Assembly: GCA_003208875.1 (NCBI GenBank)
Contig: QCUR01000002.1
Coordinates: 1 to 64,000, forward strand
Reading direction: 5' to 3'
From: Prochlorococcus sp. AG-679-M23
Lineage (GTDB): Bacteria; Cyanobacteriota; Cyanobacteriia; PCC-6307; Cyanobiaceae
DNA: 64,000 nucleotides
Position numbers and translations under genes: made by a program. Position 1 is the first letter of the stretch, and each line of letters starts with the position of its first letter. This document shows, one piece after another, positions 52,918 through 63,613 of the stretch. Under the pieces are notes generated by a model. That model searched no databases and had not been told where the DNA came from. It saw nothing but the letters and a program-made list of their open reading frames with translations.

Positions 52918-55674
52918 ATGAATGAGTCGAATGATGAACTTATATTAAATAATTATTTGCCTTCACAGGTAGAACAAAAATGGCAAAAGCAATGGGATAG
53001 TTTAAGAGCATTTAGTCCTAATCCTAGTGATAAAGGGGATCCTTTTTGTATAGTTATTCCGCCTCCAAATGTCACAGGGTCTTTGCATATGGGCCATGCT
53101 TTCAATACTGCATTAATAGACGTGATTATTCGTTTTCAAAGACTTCTTGGTAAAAATGTTTTATGTTTACCTGGTACCGATCATGCTTCAATAGCCGTTC
53201 AAACTATTCTTGAAAAACAATTAAAAACTGAGGGTAAAAATAGCGAAGATATTGGCAGAGAGGAATTTTTAAAAAGAGCCTGGATTTGGAAAGAGCAAAG
53301 TGGGGGTAAAATAATATCCCAATTAAAGAGGATGGGGTATTCCGTAGACTGGGAAAGGGAACGATTTACTTTAGATGAAAAATTGAATGAAGCAGTTGTT
53401 GAAGCATTTAATATTTTGCATGAGAAAAAACTGATTTATAGAGGTGAATATTTAGTTAATTGGTGTCCAGCATCTCAATCAGCAGTTAGTGATCTTGAAG
53501 TTGAAATGCAAGAGGTTAATGGATACTTATGGCATTTTAAATATCCATTAATTTCTGATCAGGGTCAAATGTTAGATGAATATTTAGAGGTTGCAACAAC
53601 TCGACCTGAAACCTTATTGGGAGATACCGCTTTAGCTGTAAATCCAAACGATGAAAGATATAAAAAATATATTGATAAAAAAGTGAAAGTACCTTTTGTT
53701 GATAGAGAAATACCTGTTATTTCTGACATACATGTTGATAAGGATTTTGGTACAGGTTGTGTAAAGGTTACCCCAGCTCATGATCCTAATGATTTTGCTA
53801 TCGGCAAAAGGAATAATTTAAAGCAAATCAATATAATGAATAAAGATGGAACTCTTAATATTAATGCAGGAAAGTTTCAGGATTTAGATAGATTTGATGC
53901 TAGAAAAAAAATCATAAAGGAATTAGATACTTTAGGTTTATTAACTAAAATAGAAAATTATAAAAATACAGTACCTTTTTCTGATAGAGGTAAAGTGCCA
54001 ATTGAGCCATTATTATCAACCCAGTGGTTTTTGAAAATGGACAATATTTCTTCAAGTTGTCTAGAAGAACTTGATTCTAAAAAGCCTACCTTTATTCCTC
54101 AGCGTTGGGAGAAGGTTTATAAAGATTGGTTAGATAATATAAATGATTGGTGTATTAGTAGACAATTATGGTGGGGACATCAAATTCCTGCATGGTATGT
54201 ATTAAAACAATCAGAAGACTCAATAGATCAAAATACTCCATATGTTGTCGCCAGAAATGAGAAAGAAGCATTAAGCAAAGCTACTAAAGAATTTGGGTCT
54301 AATTTGCAACTTATTCGAGATAAGGACGTTTTAGATACTTGGTTTTCAAGTGGTTTATGGCCTTTTTCTACATTGGGGTGGCCTAATATCAATGATGCAG
54401 ATTTTAAAAAATGGTATCCAAATAGTGTTTTAGTTACTGGTTTCGATATTATTTTCTTTTGGGTTGCAAGAATGACAATGATGGGAAAAACTTTTACGAA
54501 TAATATTCCATTCAAAGATGTTTATATTCATGGTTTAGTTCGAGATGAAAATAATAAAAAAATGAGTAAAAGTTCAGGTAACGGAATTGATCCTTTGCTG
54601 TTGATTGATAAATATGGTTCTGATGCTTTGCGATTTGCTTTACTTCGTGAAGTCGCTGGCGCTGGTCAGGATATAAGGCTTGATTATGATAGGAAAGAAA
54701 ATACTTCTTCAACAGTTGAAGCATCAAGGAATTTTGCAAATAAACTTTGGAATGCTACAAAATTTGTTTTAATAAATAAAACTTTTTCTGAAAATTGTTC
54801 TTTAAATGAGAGTGATGAAAAATATTTAGAATTATCTGATAAGTGGATTTTATCAAAATTAAATCAGTTGAATACAAAAGTATCTAATCTTTTACTTGAA
54901 TATAAATTAGGAGAATCTGCAAAATTATTATATGAATTTGCATGGAATGACTTTTGTGATTGGTATGTTGAATTTGCAAAACAAAAATTCAATAATAAAG
55001 AATCCCGTAAGAGAAAAATATCTGAAAAAATATTAATCAAAGTACTAACTGATGTGTTGGTTATGATGCATCCCTTTATGCCACATATCACTGAAGAACT
55101 TTGGCATAAATTGCAAATCAAACCTGAACAAATTTTATTATCTCTTCAGAAATGGCCTGTATTAGAAAAAAAATATATAAATTCTCAAATAGATAAATCC
55201 TTTCAAGAGCTCTTTGAAATAATTAGATTGATTAGAAATCTTAGGGTTGAGTTAGGACTTAAGCCATCTCAACTGGTTCCTGTCTACTTAATTTCAGATA
55301 ATGTTGAATTAACTAACTTTTTGAAAACTTTAATGGTTGATATTAAAACTTTTACTAAGTCATCTGAAGTTATTATTTGTAAATCTAAGGATATCGATAA
55401 AAATAATTTTGCTCAGTCTTTTTCTGGAATTATTGGTGATTTAGAAGTCTATTTACCCTTTAATGATTATGTAAATCTAGAAGCTTTAAAGGATAGACTT
55501 ACCAAGGATCTGAAAAAAGTTAATTCTGATATAGAAACATTAAATAAAAGAATATCTAACAAAAACTTTATAGACAAAGCTCCTAAAGATATTGTTGATG
55601 AATGTTTTGCCAAGTTGAAAGAAGGCAATTTGCAATCGGAAAGAATAAATAAAAAACTTAAATTATTAAAATAA
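52918..55674 (+). CDS. valS: Valine--tRNA ligase
   Basis: PPPNVTGSLHMGH, GTGCVKVTPAHD, WCISRQLWWGH, KMSKS and a C-terminal coiled coil. Confidence 0.98.
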   Translation: MNESNDELILNNYLPSQVEQKWQKQWDSLRAFSPNPSDKGDPFCIVIPPPNVTGSLHMGHAFNTALIDVIIRFQRLLGKNVLCLPGTDHASIAVQTILEKQLKTEGKNSEDIGREEFLKRAWIWKEQSGGKIISQLKRMGYSVDWERERFTLDEKLNEAVVEAFNILHEKKLIYRGEYLVNWCPASQSAVSDLEVEMQEVNGYLWHFKYPLISDQGQMLDEYLEVATTRPETLLGDTALAVNPNDERYKKYIDKKVKVPFVDREIPVISDIHVDKDFGTGCVKVTPAHDPNDFAIGKRNNLKQINIMNKDGTLNINAGKFQDLDRFDARKKIIKELDTLGLLTKIENYKNTVPFSDRGKVPIEPLLSTQWFLKMDNISSSCLEELDSKKPTFIPQRWEKVYKDWLDNINDWCISRQLWWGHQIPAWYVLKQSEDSIDQNTPYVVARNEKEALSKATKEFGSNLQLIRDKDVLDTWFSSGLWPFSTLGWPNINDADFKKWYPNSVLVTGFDIIFFWVARMTMMGKTFTNNIPFKDVYIHGLVRDENNKKMSKSSGNGIDPLLLIDKYGSDALRFALLREVAGAGQDIRLDYDRKENTSSTVEASRNFANKLWNATKFVLINKTFSENCSLNESDEKYLELSDKWILSKLNQLNTKVSNLLLEYKLGESAKLLYEFAWNDFCDWYVEFAKQKFNNKESRKRKISEKILIKVLTDVLVMMHPFMPHITEELWHKLQIKPEQILLSLQKWPVLEKKYINSQIDKSFQELFEIIRLIRNLRVELGLKPSQLVPVYLISDNVELTNFLKTLMVDIKTFTKSSEVIICKSKDIDKNNFAQSFSGIIGDLEVYLPFNDYVNLEALKDRLTKDLKKVNSDIETLNKRISNKNFIDKAPKDIVDECFAKLKEGNLQSERINKKLKLLK

Positions 55675-55675
55675 T

Positions 55676-56287
55676 ATGACTCCTATTTTTGAAAATATCT
55701 ATAACCTAGCCTATTTTTTTAATACAAATATTGGGATTTTTGCTTTCATCCTTTTATATATTTTAATTGTTTTATTAATTCTTCCTGCCTCTTGGTTATC
55801 TTTATTATCTGGTTTTTTATATGGTTCTTATCTCGGTTCAATTATAGTTTTTTTTGCGGCAGTTATTGGAGCTTCAGTAGCATTCTTTATTTCAAAAAGT
55901 TTTTTATCAATAAAGCTTAAAAAAGTTATTAATCGTTTTCCCAGATTAAGTCTTATGGAACAAGTAGTCCAGAAAGGTGGTCTGAAGTTAATCCTATTAG
56001 CACGACTTTCTCCCCTCTTCCCTTTCAGTATTCTTAATTATTTTTATGGGTTAAATAATATTAAATTTAGAAATTTTGCTCTTGGTCTTTTAGGAATCAT
56101 TCCTGGAACATTTCTTTATTGTTCTTTAGGCAGCTTGGCAAAAAGCTTGCAGGATTTAAAAAATTTACAGCCAACAAATAATTTATTTATAACAATTATA
56201 AGTGTTGTTTCTACTTTGATGGTGGTTTATTTTTCGGCAAAGTACGCTAAAGAATATATTAATGAGTCAAAAGAAATTAGTTTCTAA
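55676..56287 (+). CDS. TVP38/TMEM64 (VTT/DedA superfamily) membrane protein
   Basis: LPAS..SLLSGFLYG, RLSPLFPF...NY..G and GIIPGT motifs. Confidence 0.88.
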   Translation: MTPIFENIYNLAYFFNTNIGIFAFILLYILIVLLILPASWLSLLSGFLYGSYLGSIIVFFAAVIGASVAFFISKSFLSIKLKKVINRFPRLSLMEQVVQKGGLKLILLARLSPLFPFSILNYFYGLNNIKFRNFALGLLGIIPGTFLYCSLGSLAKSLQDLKNLQPTNNLFITIISVVSTLMVVYFSAKYAKEYINESKEISF

Positions 56288-56429
56288 TATTCCAATCTCT
56301 TATAGAAGCAATAATTACAAACCAAAAAAGTCTTAATTTTCCAAGCAAACTTTTATTAGATTGTAATTCAATATATTTTGATTGACCGCAAGGAGTTTTA
56401 ATATATTTGAAAAGATTTTTGTTATCCAT
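56277..56429 (-). CDS. Small hypothetical protein (about 50 aa)
   Basis: MDNKNLFKYIKTPCGQSKYIEL...LRLFWFVIIASIRDW; ATG at 56429 (alternative start 56480). Confidence 0.55.
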   Translation of the reverse strand: MDNKNLFKYIKTPCGQSKYIELQSNKSLLGKLRLFWFVIIASIRDWNIRN

Positions 56430-56554
56430 AAAAATCAATATTCTAGGTAGTAATTTATTATCATTAATAGTGTATTTCATTATCTACTTTTTTAGTTTTT
56501 CATAATTTACTGCCAGCTTAAATATTTACTTCTATGAAACTAATTCCCTTAAAA

Positions 56555-57886
56555 TTATATTTTTTCACCTGGTTCGAAACCTCTAAAGCACTTGAATCTT
56601 GGGAACCTAAGACTGAATGTTTCAGCATCTTGAGATTGAGTTCTTGCATCAGCTCTGATTTCTACTAATTGGCCGATTAGTTTATCTCTTCCACTCCAAT
56701 ACTCTTCACGTTGAGAATCACTAAATCCACTCCCGCAATTAAGACTATAGTTATATTGATCATCTTTACCTTCAACCATGATTGCTCCAAGTCTGCCTTT
56801 GTTTCTGCCTGTCCCTTCCTCTATTGCTACAACTCTTAAGGTAACTTCTATGAATGGTTTTGCTTTTAACCAATTATGTGTTCTTTTGCATTCATACCAA
56901 CCATGAGGATTTTTAATCATCACGCCTTCATATCCTCCCTCTACTGCTGATTTGTTAAGTTCTACAAATCTACTTTGGCCTTCAGGAGTATCTAAATCCA
57001 CATTTTCCCATTCAAGTGTTTGGACATGTTTTAAAAGAGTTGCATTTTTTGCTACCCAATCTTTTACCAACATACTTCTAGTAGTTTGATCTTTTTCCCA
57101 TAAACCCTTCTTGAAATCTTTAATTGGACATAAATCAAATAAGTGTAAAACTGCATCTTTGGATTGTTTGCCATCTTTTCTATGTACTTGCTTCATTAGG
57201 TCTTGAAAATTAGCACTCATTACTTCACCGTCTAAGACTAAATCGTAGGGGGCAGGATTTTTCTCTAATACTTTTTCTATTTCTGTAATGATATGACCAA
57301 AGTTATTAAATTGTTTTCCGTTTCGAGAAAACATTTCTACTTTATTTTTTCTAATAATTGTTAATACTCTGACTCCGTCTAATTTAATCTCAATTTGTTT
57401 CTTCCCTATCATTTTCTTTTCATGGTTTGCGCTGTCATGTGCAAGGGGACATGAGAAGATAGGTATAGTATACTTTGGAAATTTTTTTGCAACTTTGTTT
57501 ATTGTTTTTTCAGAAACCCCACAACGAAGATCTTTAATCAATACTCGTCTATAAAATCCGTTCCATTGTTCTTTAGTTGCAGATTTCATAACTAAATTGA
57601 TCGCATCTCTAGCGGCATGCCCAGTAAGTTCTCTTTTGATTAATTGATTTGTTAATACTTTAAAAACACTCCATTTACATCCTTGACCAGATGTATCTTC
57701 TTTTTTTTCAGGTACTTGCTTTACACCAAAAGTTACTAAAGGATCTAAGGCCATAGTTATTCCCTCAAAAAAATCATTCAGCCCACTTTCCATTGCCTCA
57801 AAAATGATTTTTTCTTTATCTAATCTGCTTGGGTGTAATTCTAATTTTTTTATTATTTCTTCTTTCCGAAGTTCTTCATGTTTCAC
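56555..57886 (-). CDS. ATP-dependent DNA ligase
   Basis: Motif I EIKLDGVR, III LDGEV, IIIa LFDL, IV EGVMIK, V WLKAKP, VI LRFPRF, plus an N-terminal helical DNA-binding domain; no BRCT or Zn finger of LigA. Confidence 0.94.
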   Translation of the reverse strand: MKHEELRKEEIIKKLELHPSRLDKEKIIFEAMESGLNDFFEGITMALDPLVTFGVKQVPEKKEDTSGQGCKWSVFKVLTNQLIKRELTGHAARDAINLVMKSATKEQWNGFYRRVLIKDLRCGVSEKTINKVAKKFPKYTIPIFSCPLAHDSANHEKKMIGKKQIEIKLDGVRVLTIIRKNKVEMFSRNGKQFNNFGHIITEIEKVLEKNPAPYDLVLDGEVMSANFQDLMKQVHRKDGKQSKDAVLHLFDLCPIKDFKKGLWEKDQTTRSMLVKDWVAKNATLLKHVQTLEWENVDLDTPEGQSRFVELNKSAVEGGYEGVMIKNPHGWYECKRTHNWLKAKPFIEVTLRVVAIEEGTGRNKGRLGAIMVEGKDDQYNYSLNCGSGFSDSQREEYWSGRDKLIGQLVEIRADARTQSQDAETFSLRFPRFKCFRGFEPGEKI

Positions 57887-57903
57887 AAGTTTTTGAACCT
57901 TTC

Positions 57904-58323
57904 CTAATTTACTTTAGCTATTCTGTCTATCTTCCAATCTTTATCACTTTTTGAAAAAGTAAAATCTAAGGGAAGCTCATCTTTCTTATCCTCAGATTTT
58001 AAATTTAAAGTAATTATGATTTGATCTTCTTGAACTCTTGGTCTACCTGACTTTAGATTTCTATACTTATTTAAATTTAAGCCAGCTAAAAATTTTAAAA
58101 AGTCTTGACGTTTTACATGTGTTCTATAAGTTTTAGTAGTAAGTCCATATGCAGCGTCAATTCTACCTGCTGCTACTTGATCAAAAAATTTCCGAACTAA
58201 TGGATTAATTCCTCTAGCGCTTATAACAAGTTTAACAGCATTGAAGGTCCAAAAAGAAACAAGCACTGCTCCGCCAACCAATAAAGCTTTTACACCAATA
58301 TCTTTAACTAGTAATGCATCCAT
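57904..58323 (-). CDS. Conserved hypothetical protein with N-terminal TM and a possible NTF2-like domain
   Basis: TM segment followed by VRKFFDQVAAGRIDAAY...WKIDRI, a pattern typical of NTF2-like folds. Confidence 0.75.
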   Translation of the reverse strand: MDALLVKDIGVKALLVGGAVLVSFWTFNAVKLVISARGINPLVRKFFDQVAAGRIDAAYGLTTKTYRTHVKRQDFLKFLAGLNLNKYRNLKSGRPRVQEDQIIITLNLKSEDKKDELPLDFTFSKSDKDWKIDRIAKVN

Positions 58324-58408
58324 TTTGTAATTAGTTTTCTTTAATTTTAAGAAAATAAATCGTCTTTGATGACTTTTTTTGTCAAAATAATACTAAATTT
58401 AATTGTTA

Positions 58409-58939
58409 ATGTCTCTAATTCCTCTTTTACCAGTATTTCATAAGTTTAATAGGCAATTTTTTGATCAATCTTTAACAACTAATAATAGAGACCCTTTAGT
58501 AAAGGTTAGATGGAGCGATAATAGATTAAAGACAACTGCAGGTTTTTATAAGCGTAAACAACTTAAAGGAGTAATTGATTCTGAAATAATTTTGTCAAAG
58601 CCAATTTTAAGTAAATTATCGTGTAATGAAATTCACAGTACTTTATGTCATGAAATGATTCATGCATGGGTAGATAGGATTTTGAATATTAATGAGATAC
58701 ATGGACCAAATTTTTTGAGTAAAATGAATGAAATTAACAAATTAGAAAATAATTTTCAGATAAGTATTAGACATAATTTTCCTGTTGAAAGAAAGGCATT
58801 AAAATATACAGGCAAATGTTTAAATTGTGGGGAGAAATATATGTATAGAAAAAGAATTAAAAACATTGCTTGTAAGAAATGTTGTAATTTGTTCTTTAAT
58901 GGATCATGGAATAAAAACTGTCTAATTTTGTTTGATTGA
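58409..58939 (+). CDS. SprT-family zinc metalloprotease with C-terminal Zn ribbon
   Basis: FNRQFF, W..RL.TTAG, TLCHEMIHAW (HExxH), HGPNF, CLNC and CKKC. Confidence 0.88.
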   Translation: MSLIPLLPVFHKFNRQFFDQSLTTNNRDPLVKVRWSDNRLKTTAGFYKRKQLKGVIDSEIILSKPILSKLSCNEIHSTLCHEMIHAWVDRILNINEIHGPNFLSKMNEINKLENNFQISIRHNFPVERKALKYTGKCLNCGEKYMYRKRIKNIACKKCCNLFFNGSWNKNCLILFD

Positions 58940-59023
58940 TAATTGAAAAATGTGATTTTGTTTCTTTATTTAGAATTTCCTATTATGTTGTTGTAACTTG
59001 ATATTTAAAAACAAAGATAATTT

Positions 59024-59593
59024 ATGAATTCTCGCAGACCTAGAAACTTTAGAAATAATTTTGATAGAACATTACTTGATAAACAAGTTGACAAGATTTT
59101 TGAAACAGGCAGACAATTTGTTGACGGTGTATCAGGTTCTAGACCCGGTAAAAAAAGAAGTACTGATTTTCAAGGAATCTCTCGCAGGAATGTTAAAAAT
59201 GTCGGAAGATGGGTATCCGATAAAATGGATATGTTTTTTGAAGAAGAAGACGATGATTGGTCCGATCAGGAAAATAGTTATGAAGAGGCACAAGATATTA
59301 AATCTTTTTCAAGAGAATCTAAATTTATTGATGTTGAGAAACCATTTTCTAAGCGTCCTTTAGAGGCTTTATCTTTAAGGCAACCTAAAAGTATCCAGAT
59401 GGACGAACAAAAGAAGTTGCCTTATGGAAAATCAAACTCTTTTGATGAATGGCCGGATGATTCAGATTTAAAAGTTGATAGATGGCAAAGATCTTCTGAA
59501 AAAATCAATGAGATTAATGTAAATCAAGATAATCCAAAAACCGTTTCAAATAATGGAAGAAGTATTCCGAGGTCTAGACGAAGAAGAATATAG
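59024..59593 (+). CDS. Conserved hypothetical, probably disordered protein
   Basis: FETGRQFVDGVSGSRPG, GRWVSDKMD and a C-terminal PRSRRRR; highly charged composition. Confidence 0.75.
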   Translation: MNSRRPRNFRNNFDRTLLDKQVDKIFETGRQFVDGVSGSRPGKKRSTDFQGISRRNVKNVGRWVSDKMDMFFEEEDDDWSDQENSYEEAQDIKSFSRESKFIDVEKPFSKRPLEALSLRQPKSIQMDEQKKLPYGKSNSFDEWPDDSDLKVDRWQRSSEKINEINVNQDNPKTVSNNGRSIPRSRRRRI

Positions 59594-60190
59594 ATTAGAG
59601 AAATTTTGAATTCCTGATGGACCTAACCAAGTTTCTAAAAGAGGATTGAAGACTTCGCGAATAATAGTAAGAGGTTTTTTATTACGAAAAAATCTGTAAT
59701 TTCTTGACCAAAATGGGCCTTCAAAACAAAATTCCTCCTCTAACCAATTTGAATTAACTATTGAAATGCTGTCCACTTCTCTAAATAATTCTGATCTATC
59801 TTGAGTTAAGTTTTTCCAGATTGGTTCTTCTTTTGACTTTAAATTTTGACTGACTTGTTGTGAATTCCACCAACTTTCAGCCCAGGCAAGATTTTTGTTT
59901 TGATTTCTAATCCAAACTTGCCTTCTAATTAAGGGTTCTTTTAATTGATCGATTTCTCTTGGACCCTCTTTTTCAAATAGAGGATCTATCTGCATAGATA
60001 TTAATCTGATTTTTGTTTCATGATTAGTTAAAAGCTGTAAATGTCTTGTTGGGCTGCCATCCCCTAGTAACATTAATTTCCATGCCCCAGATATTTTTGG
60101 TAAAGCATTTGCAACTAAAAAGGCAGTAGCTTTCTCTTCCCATAAAATTTTTGGTGATTTGAAGAGTTTATTGTTCAGTGCTATTACCAA
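59546..60190 (-). CDS. Chorismate pyruvate-lyase-like protein (DUF98/Ycf21)
   Basis: LLGDGSPTRHL, RRQVW, AWAESWW, PIW, SRNY and IREVF; start codon uncertain. Confidence 0.85.
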   Translation of the reverse strand: MVIALNNKLFKSPKILWEEKATAFLVANALPKISGAWKLMLLGDGSPTRHLQLLTNHETKIRLISMQIDPLFEKEGPREIDQLKEPLIRRQVWIRNQNKNLAWAESWWNSQQVSQNLKSKEEPIWKNLTQDRSELFREVDSISIVNSNWLEEEFCFEGPFWSRNYRFFRNKKPLTIIREVFNPLLETWLGPSGIQNFSNLYSSSSRPRNTSSII

Positions 60191-60196
60191 TATCTT

Positions 60197-62161
60197 TTAT
60201 GATGATAACTTTTTTTCAGCAAAACTAGTTTTCTTTTCTTTTTTTAGTTCCTTAATTTTGAGCCAAACTAGTAATGCTGTTAAATCAGCTTTACTTACAC
60301 CCGGTATCTTGGATGCATCACCAAAATTAGTAGGTTTTATCTTATTTAAATTTTCACGGGCCTCTAGAGATAAAGTATCTATTTGGTCATAATTAATTTC
60401 TGATGAAAGTGATTTGAGACTTTGACGATTTATCTGATCAATATTATTTTTTTGTCTTTTAAGGTAGCCTTCGTATTTAATATCTATTTCAACTCCTTCA
60501 ATTATTGATATTGGTAGAGTTTTATCTACCAAATCATATTTTATAAAATCAGAATAGTGAAGATTTGGTCTTTTTAAAAGCTCTTTTAATGTTGTTGATC
60601 CTTTAATTTTTGATCCACTATCTAACTCTATTTTTTTAGCGATCTCATCAGTACATTTTAAACGCGTATTTTCTAATCTTGAATTTTCTTCTTTAAGTGA
60701 TTTCATTTTATTCTTATGAGCTAACCATCTTCTTTCATCTATTAAGCCTATTTCAAAACCTAAAGGAGTTAATCTCCTATCAGCATTATCTCCTCTCAAG
60801 GTAAGTCTATATTCACTTCTACTTGTGAGGACTCTATATGGTTCTTTAAGATCTCTTGTAATTAAGTCATTTATCATGGTGCCTATATAGCTACTCTCTC
60901 TTGAAAATATTATTGGATCTTTCATATTTAGTTTTCTAGTTGCATTAATTCCTGCAACTAATCCTTGGGCAGCAGCTTCTTCATAGCCAGTTGTTCCATT
61001 GATTTGTCCAGCACTAAATAAATTTTCTATCTCATTTGTTTCTAATGATGACTTAAGTTGTGTCGCAGGGATGTATTCATATTCAACAGCATAAGCAGGC
61101 CTAAGCATTTTACATTTATTTAATCCTGGTAATGTTCTTAAAAGTTCTAATTGAATATTTTCAGGTAATCCAGTAGAGAATCCTTGTACGTATATTTCTG
61201 GTGTATTTATCCCTTCAGGTTCTAAGAAAATTTGATGTGAATTTTTGTCTGCAAATTTTACAATCTTGTCTTCTATTGAAGGGCAATATCTAGGACCTTT
61301 ACTATCTATAAATCCTCCATAGATTGGAGTTAAATGCAAATTATTGCGAATTAATTCATGAGTTTTTAAAGTTGTTCTTGTTATGTGACAACTTACTTGC
61401 GGCATATTGTTTTTGATTTTGGGATCAAACGAAAAATATTTATCTGCAGCTGTACTTGGTTGAATATCTAATTCATCAAAAGAAATACTCTTTTTATCCA
61501 CTCTTGCAGGAGTTCCAGTTTTTAATCGCTCAGTTTTTATTCCAAGATTATGTAAGCTTTGCGTTAATCCTTGTGCCGCTTGCTCTCCAGATCTCCCTGC
61601 AGACATTGATTTATTACCTATCCAGATTCTTCCTTCCAAAAAAGTTCCTGCAGTAATTATTATTGATTTTGCAGAATAGTAGGTTCCAAAAAAAGTTTTT
61701 ACTCCTTTGATTTTTTTAGTCTTTTTCTTTGAGTTATTGGTAAAAGTTTCAGCCTCTTTTATCACTAATTCAGTAATCATAGCCTCCTTTAACGAAAGAT
61801 TATCTGTGTTCTGGAGTGTTTCTATCATTCGTTTAGAGTATTCTCTTTTGTCTGTTTGAGCCCTTAATGCCCAAACAGCTGGCCCCCTACTCGCATTTAA
61901 AATTCTTTTTTGGATTGCAGTTTCATCAGCTAATTGTCCAATGATTCCTCCTAAAGCATCAACCTCATGGACTAATTGACTTTTTGCTGGCCCACCTACA
62001 GCTGGATTACATGGTTGCCAAGCAATCCTATCTAAATTTATTGTAAATAACGCAGTAGAAAATCCTAATTTTGCTGTCGTAATTGCAGCTTCACAACCTG
62101 CATGTCCCCCTCCAATAACAATAATGTCAAAAGACTCATTTGGGGATTGTGGATCTTTCAT
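60197..62161 (-). CDS. mnmG: tRNA uridine 5-carboxymethylaminomethyl modification enzyme MnmG (GidA)
   Basis: [29 protein letters not shown] and [16 protein letters not shown]. Confidence 0.98.
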   Translation of the reverse strand: MKDPQSPNESFDIIVIGGGHAGCEAAITTAKLGFSTALFTINLDRIAWQPCNPAVGGPAKSQLVHEVDALGGIIGQLADETAIQKRILNASRGPAVWALRAQTDKREYSKRMIETLQNTDNLSLKEAMITELVIKEAETFTNNSKKKTKKIKGVKTFFGTYYSAKSIIITAGTFLEGRIWIGNKSMSAGRSGEQAAQGLTQSLHNLGIKTERLKTGTPARVDKKSISFDELDIQPSTAADKYFSFDPKIKNNMPQVSCHITRTTLKTHELIRNNLHLTPIYGGFIDSKGPRYCPSIEDKIVKFADKNSHQIFLEPEGINTPEIYVQGFSTGLPENIQLELLRTLPGLNKCKMLRPAYAVEYEYIPATQLKSSLETNEIENLFSAGQINGTTGYEEAAAQGLVAGINATRKLNMKDPIIFSRESSYIGTMINDLITRDLKEPYRVLTSRSEYRLTLRGDNADRRLTPLGFEIGLIDERRWLAHKNKMKSLKEENSRLENTRLKCTDEIAKKIELDSGSKIKGSTTLKELLKRPNLHYSDFIKYDLVDKTLPISIIEGVEIDIKYEGYLKRQKNNIDQINRQSLKSLSSEINYDQIDTLSLEARENLNKIKPTNFGDASKIPGVSKADLTALLVWLKIKELKKEKKTSFAEKKLSS

Positions 62162-62172
62162 TATCGTGATGA

Positions 62173-63555
62173 TTAATTGGCTAAGTTTCTAAATCTTGTA
62201 AATTGGGGTTCAAATAATAATTTAACAGTTCCAACAGGACCGTTTCTGTGTTTCGTGACAATAATTTCAGTTATTCCTCTATCTTCAGTTTCTGGATTGT
62301 AATACTCATCTCTGTAAATCATTAATACTAAGTCGGCATCTTGTTCTATAGATCCGGATTCTCTAAGGTCACTTAACATAGGTCTTTTATTTGTTCTTGA
62401 TTCAACTCCTCTACTTAATTGAGATAAAGCAACTACTGGTACTTTTAACTCTCTTGCCATACTTTTGAGACCTCTAGTGATACGAGATAGCTCTTGAACT
62501 CTGTTATCAGGTGTTGTACCCTCCATTAGTTGTAAGTAGTCAATAACTATTAATCCAAGTTCTTTTTTCTGCTCAGCTATTAATCTTCTGCATAGAGACC
62601 TCATTTCTAAAACACTTAAATTAGGCTTATCATCAATAAAAATTGGCAGTTGACCTAAAGAGTTAATTCCTTCTCCAAGTAAAGGCCATTCTTCTTGTTG
62701 TAGCCTTCCGGTTCTTAATCTTCCGCTTTCTATACCCACTTCCATAGAAAGTAATCTATATGTAAGTTGTTCTTTGCTCATCTCAAGGCTAAATACACAA
62801 ACTGGAAGATCCTGAGATTGAGCTACATTTTTTGCTAGGTTTAAAACCATTGAAGTTTTCCCCATTGAGGGTCTTCCTGCCACAATTATTAGATCACTCC
62901 TTTGAAAGCCTTGAGTCATTGCGTCAAGGTCATAAAAATTTACTGGAATACCAGCTACAGATGTTCCTAATGATCTGGACTCTATTTCATTAAAAGTACT
63001 TGTAAGAATTTCTGCCGCTTGGGTCAGACCTTTTGTCGGTTTTTCTTGACTAATTTCAAAAATTTTCTGTTCTGCCTTATCTAAAACTTCATTGGTTTCT
63101 TGTGTTTGATCAAATCCTAGTTGAACAACCTCATTCCCAGATCGGATGAGTTGTCTCCTTATAAATTTATCACTAATTAAATTCGCAACTTGTTCTATTG
63201 AAGCTGTTGAAGAAACATTTTCTACAAGTTCTACTAATTTAGAATTGCCTCCAACCTTTTCAAGTGATCCATTGTCAGCAAGCCATGCACTCATTGAAGT
63301 TAGATCTGTAGGTTTGCCTTGTGTATGCAACATTAAGGCGGTTTTATATATCTCTTGATGAGCATTTATATAAAAGGCTTCTGGTTTAATCAAGTCTGCA
63401 ATCCTTCCTATCGCATCAGGATCAAGTAAAATTCCCCCTAAAACAGCTTCTTCTGCTTGAATATTTTGGGGAGGAACTAAACCAGCGTTTTCATTATTAA
63501 AGTCCTTTTTAAAATTCTTATTAGACCCATTATTTGAAAAAGGAACTGAAACCAT
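62173..63555 (-). CDS. dnaB: Replicative DNA helicase DnaB (no intein)
   Basis: [22 protein letters not shown] and [13 protein letters not shown]; 460 aa. Confidence 0.98.
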   Translation of the reverse strand: MVSVPFSNNGSNKNFKKDFNNENAGLVPPQNIQAEEAVLGGILLDPDAIGRIADLIKPEAFYINAHQEIYKTALMLHTQGKPTDLTSMSAWLADNGSLEKVGGNSKLVELVENVSSTASIEQVANLISDKFIRRQLIRSGNEVVQLGFDQTQETNEVLDKAEQKIFEISQEKPTKGLTQAAEILTSTFNEIESRSLGTSVAGIPVNFYDLDAMTQGFQRSDLIIVAGRPSMGKTSMVLNLAKNVAQSQDLPVCVFSLEMSKEQLTYRLLSMEVGIESGRLRTGRLQQEEWPLLGEGINSLGQLPIFIDDKPNLSVLEMRSLCRRLIAEQKKELGLIVIDYLQLMEGTTPDNRVQELSRITRGLKSMARELKVPVVALSQLSRGVESRTNKRPMLSDLRESGSIEQDADLVLMIYRDEYYNPETEDRGITEIIVTKHRNGPVGTVKLLFEPQFTRFRNLAN

Positions 63556-63613
63556 GTACTTAAAGACTTAGATATATACTCTGACTACTTTTCCAAATAA
63601 TGCAACAAAGTTA

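Noticed and set aside
59024..59593. Helicase call for the 189-aa charged protein
   Set aside because: No Walker A/B or DEAD motifs, and too short.
62173..63555. Intein in DnaB, as seen in some cyanobacteria
   Set aside because: 460 aa with a contiguous [13 protein letters not shown] motif; no insertion.
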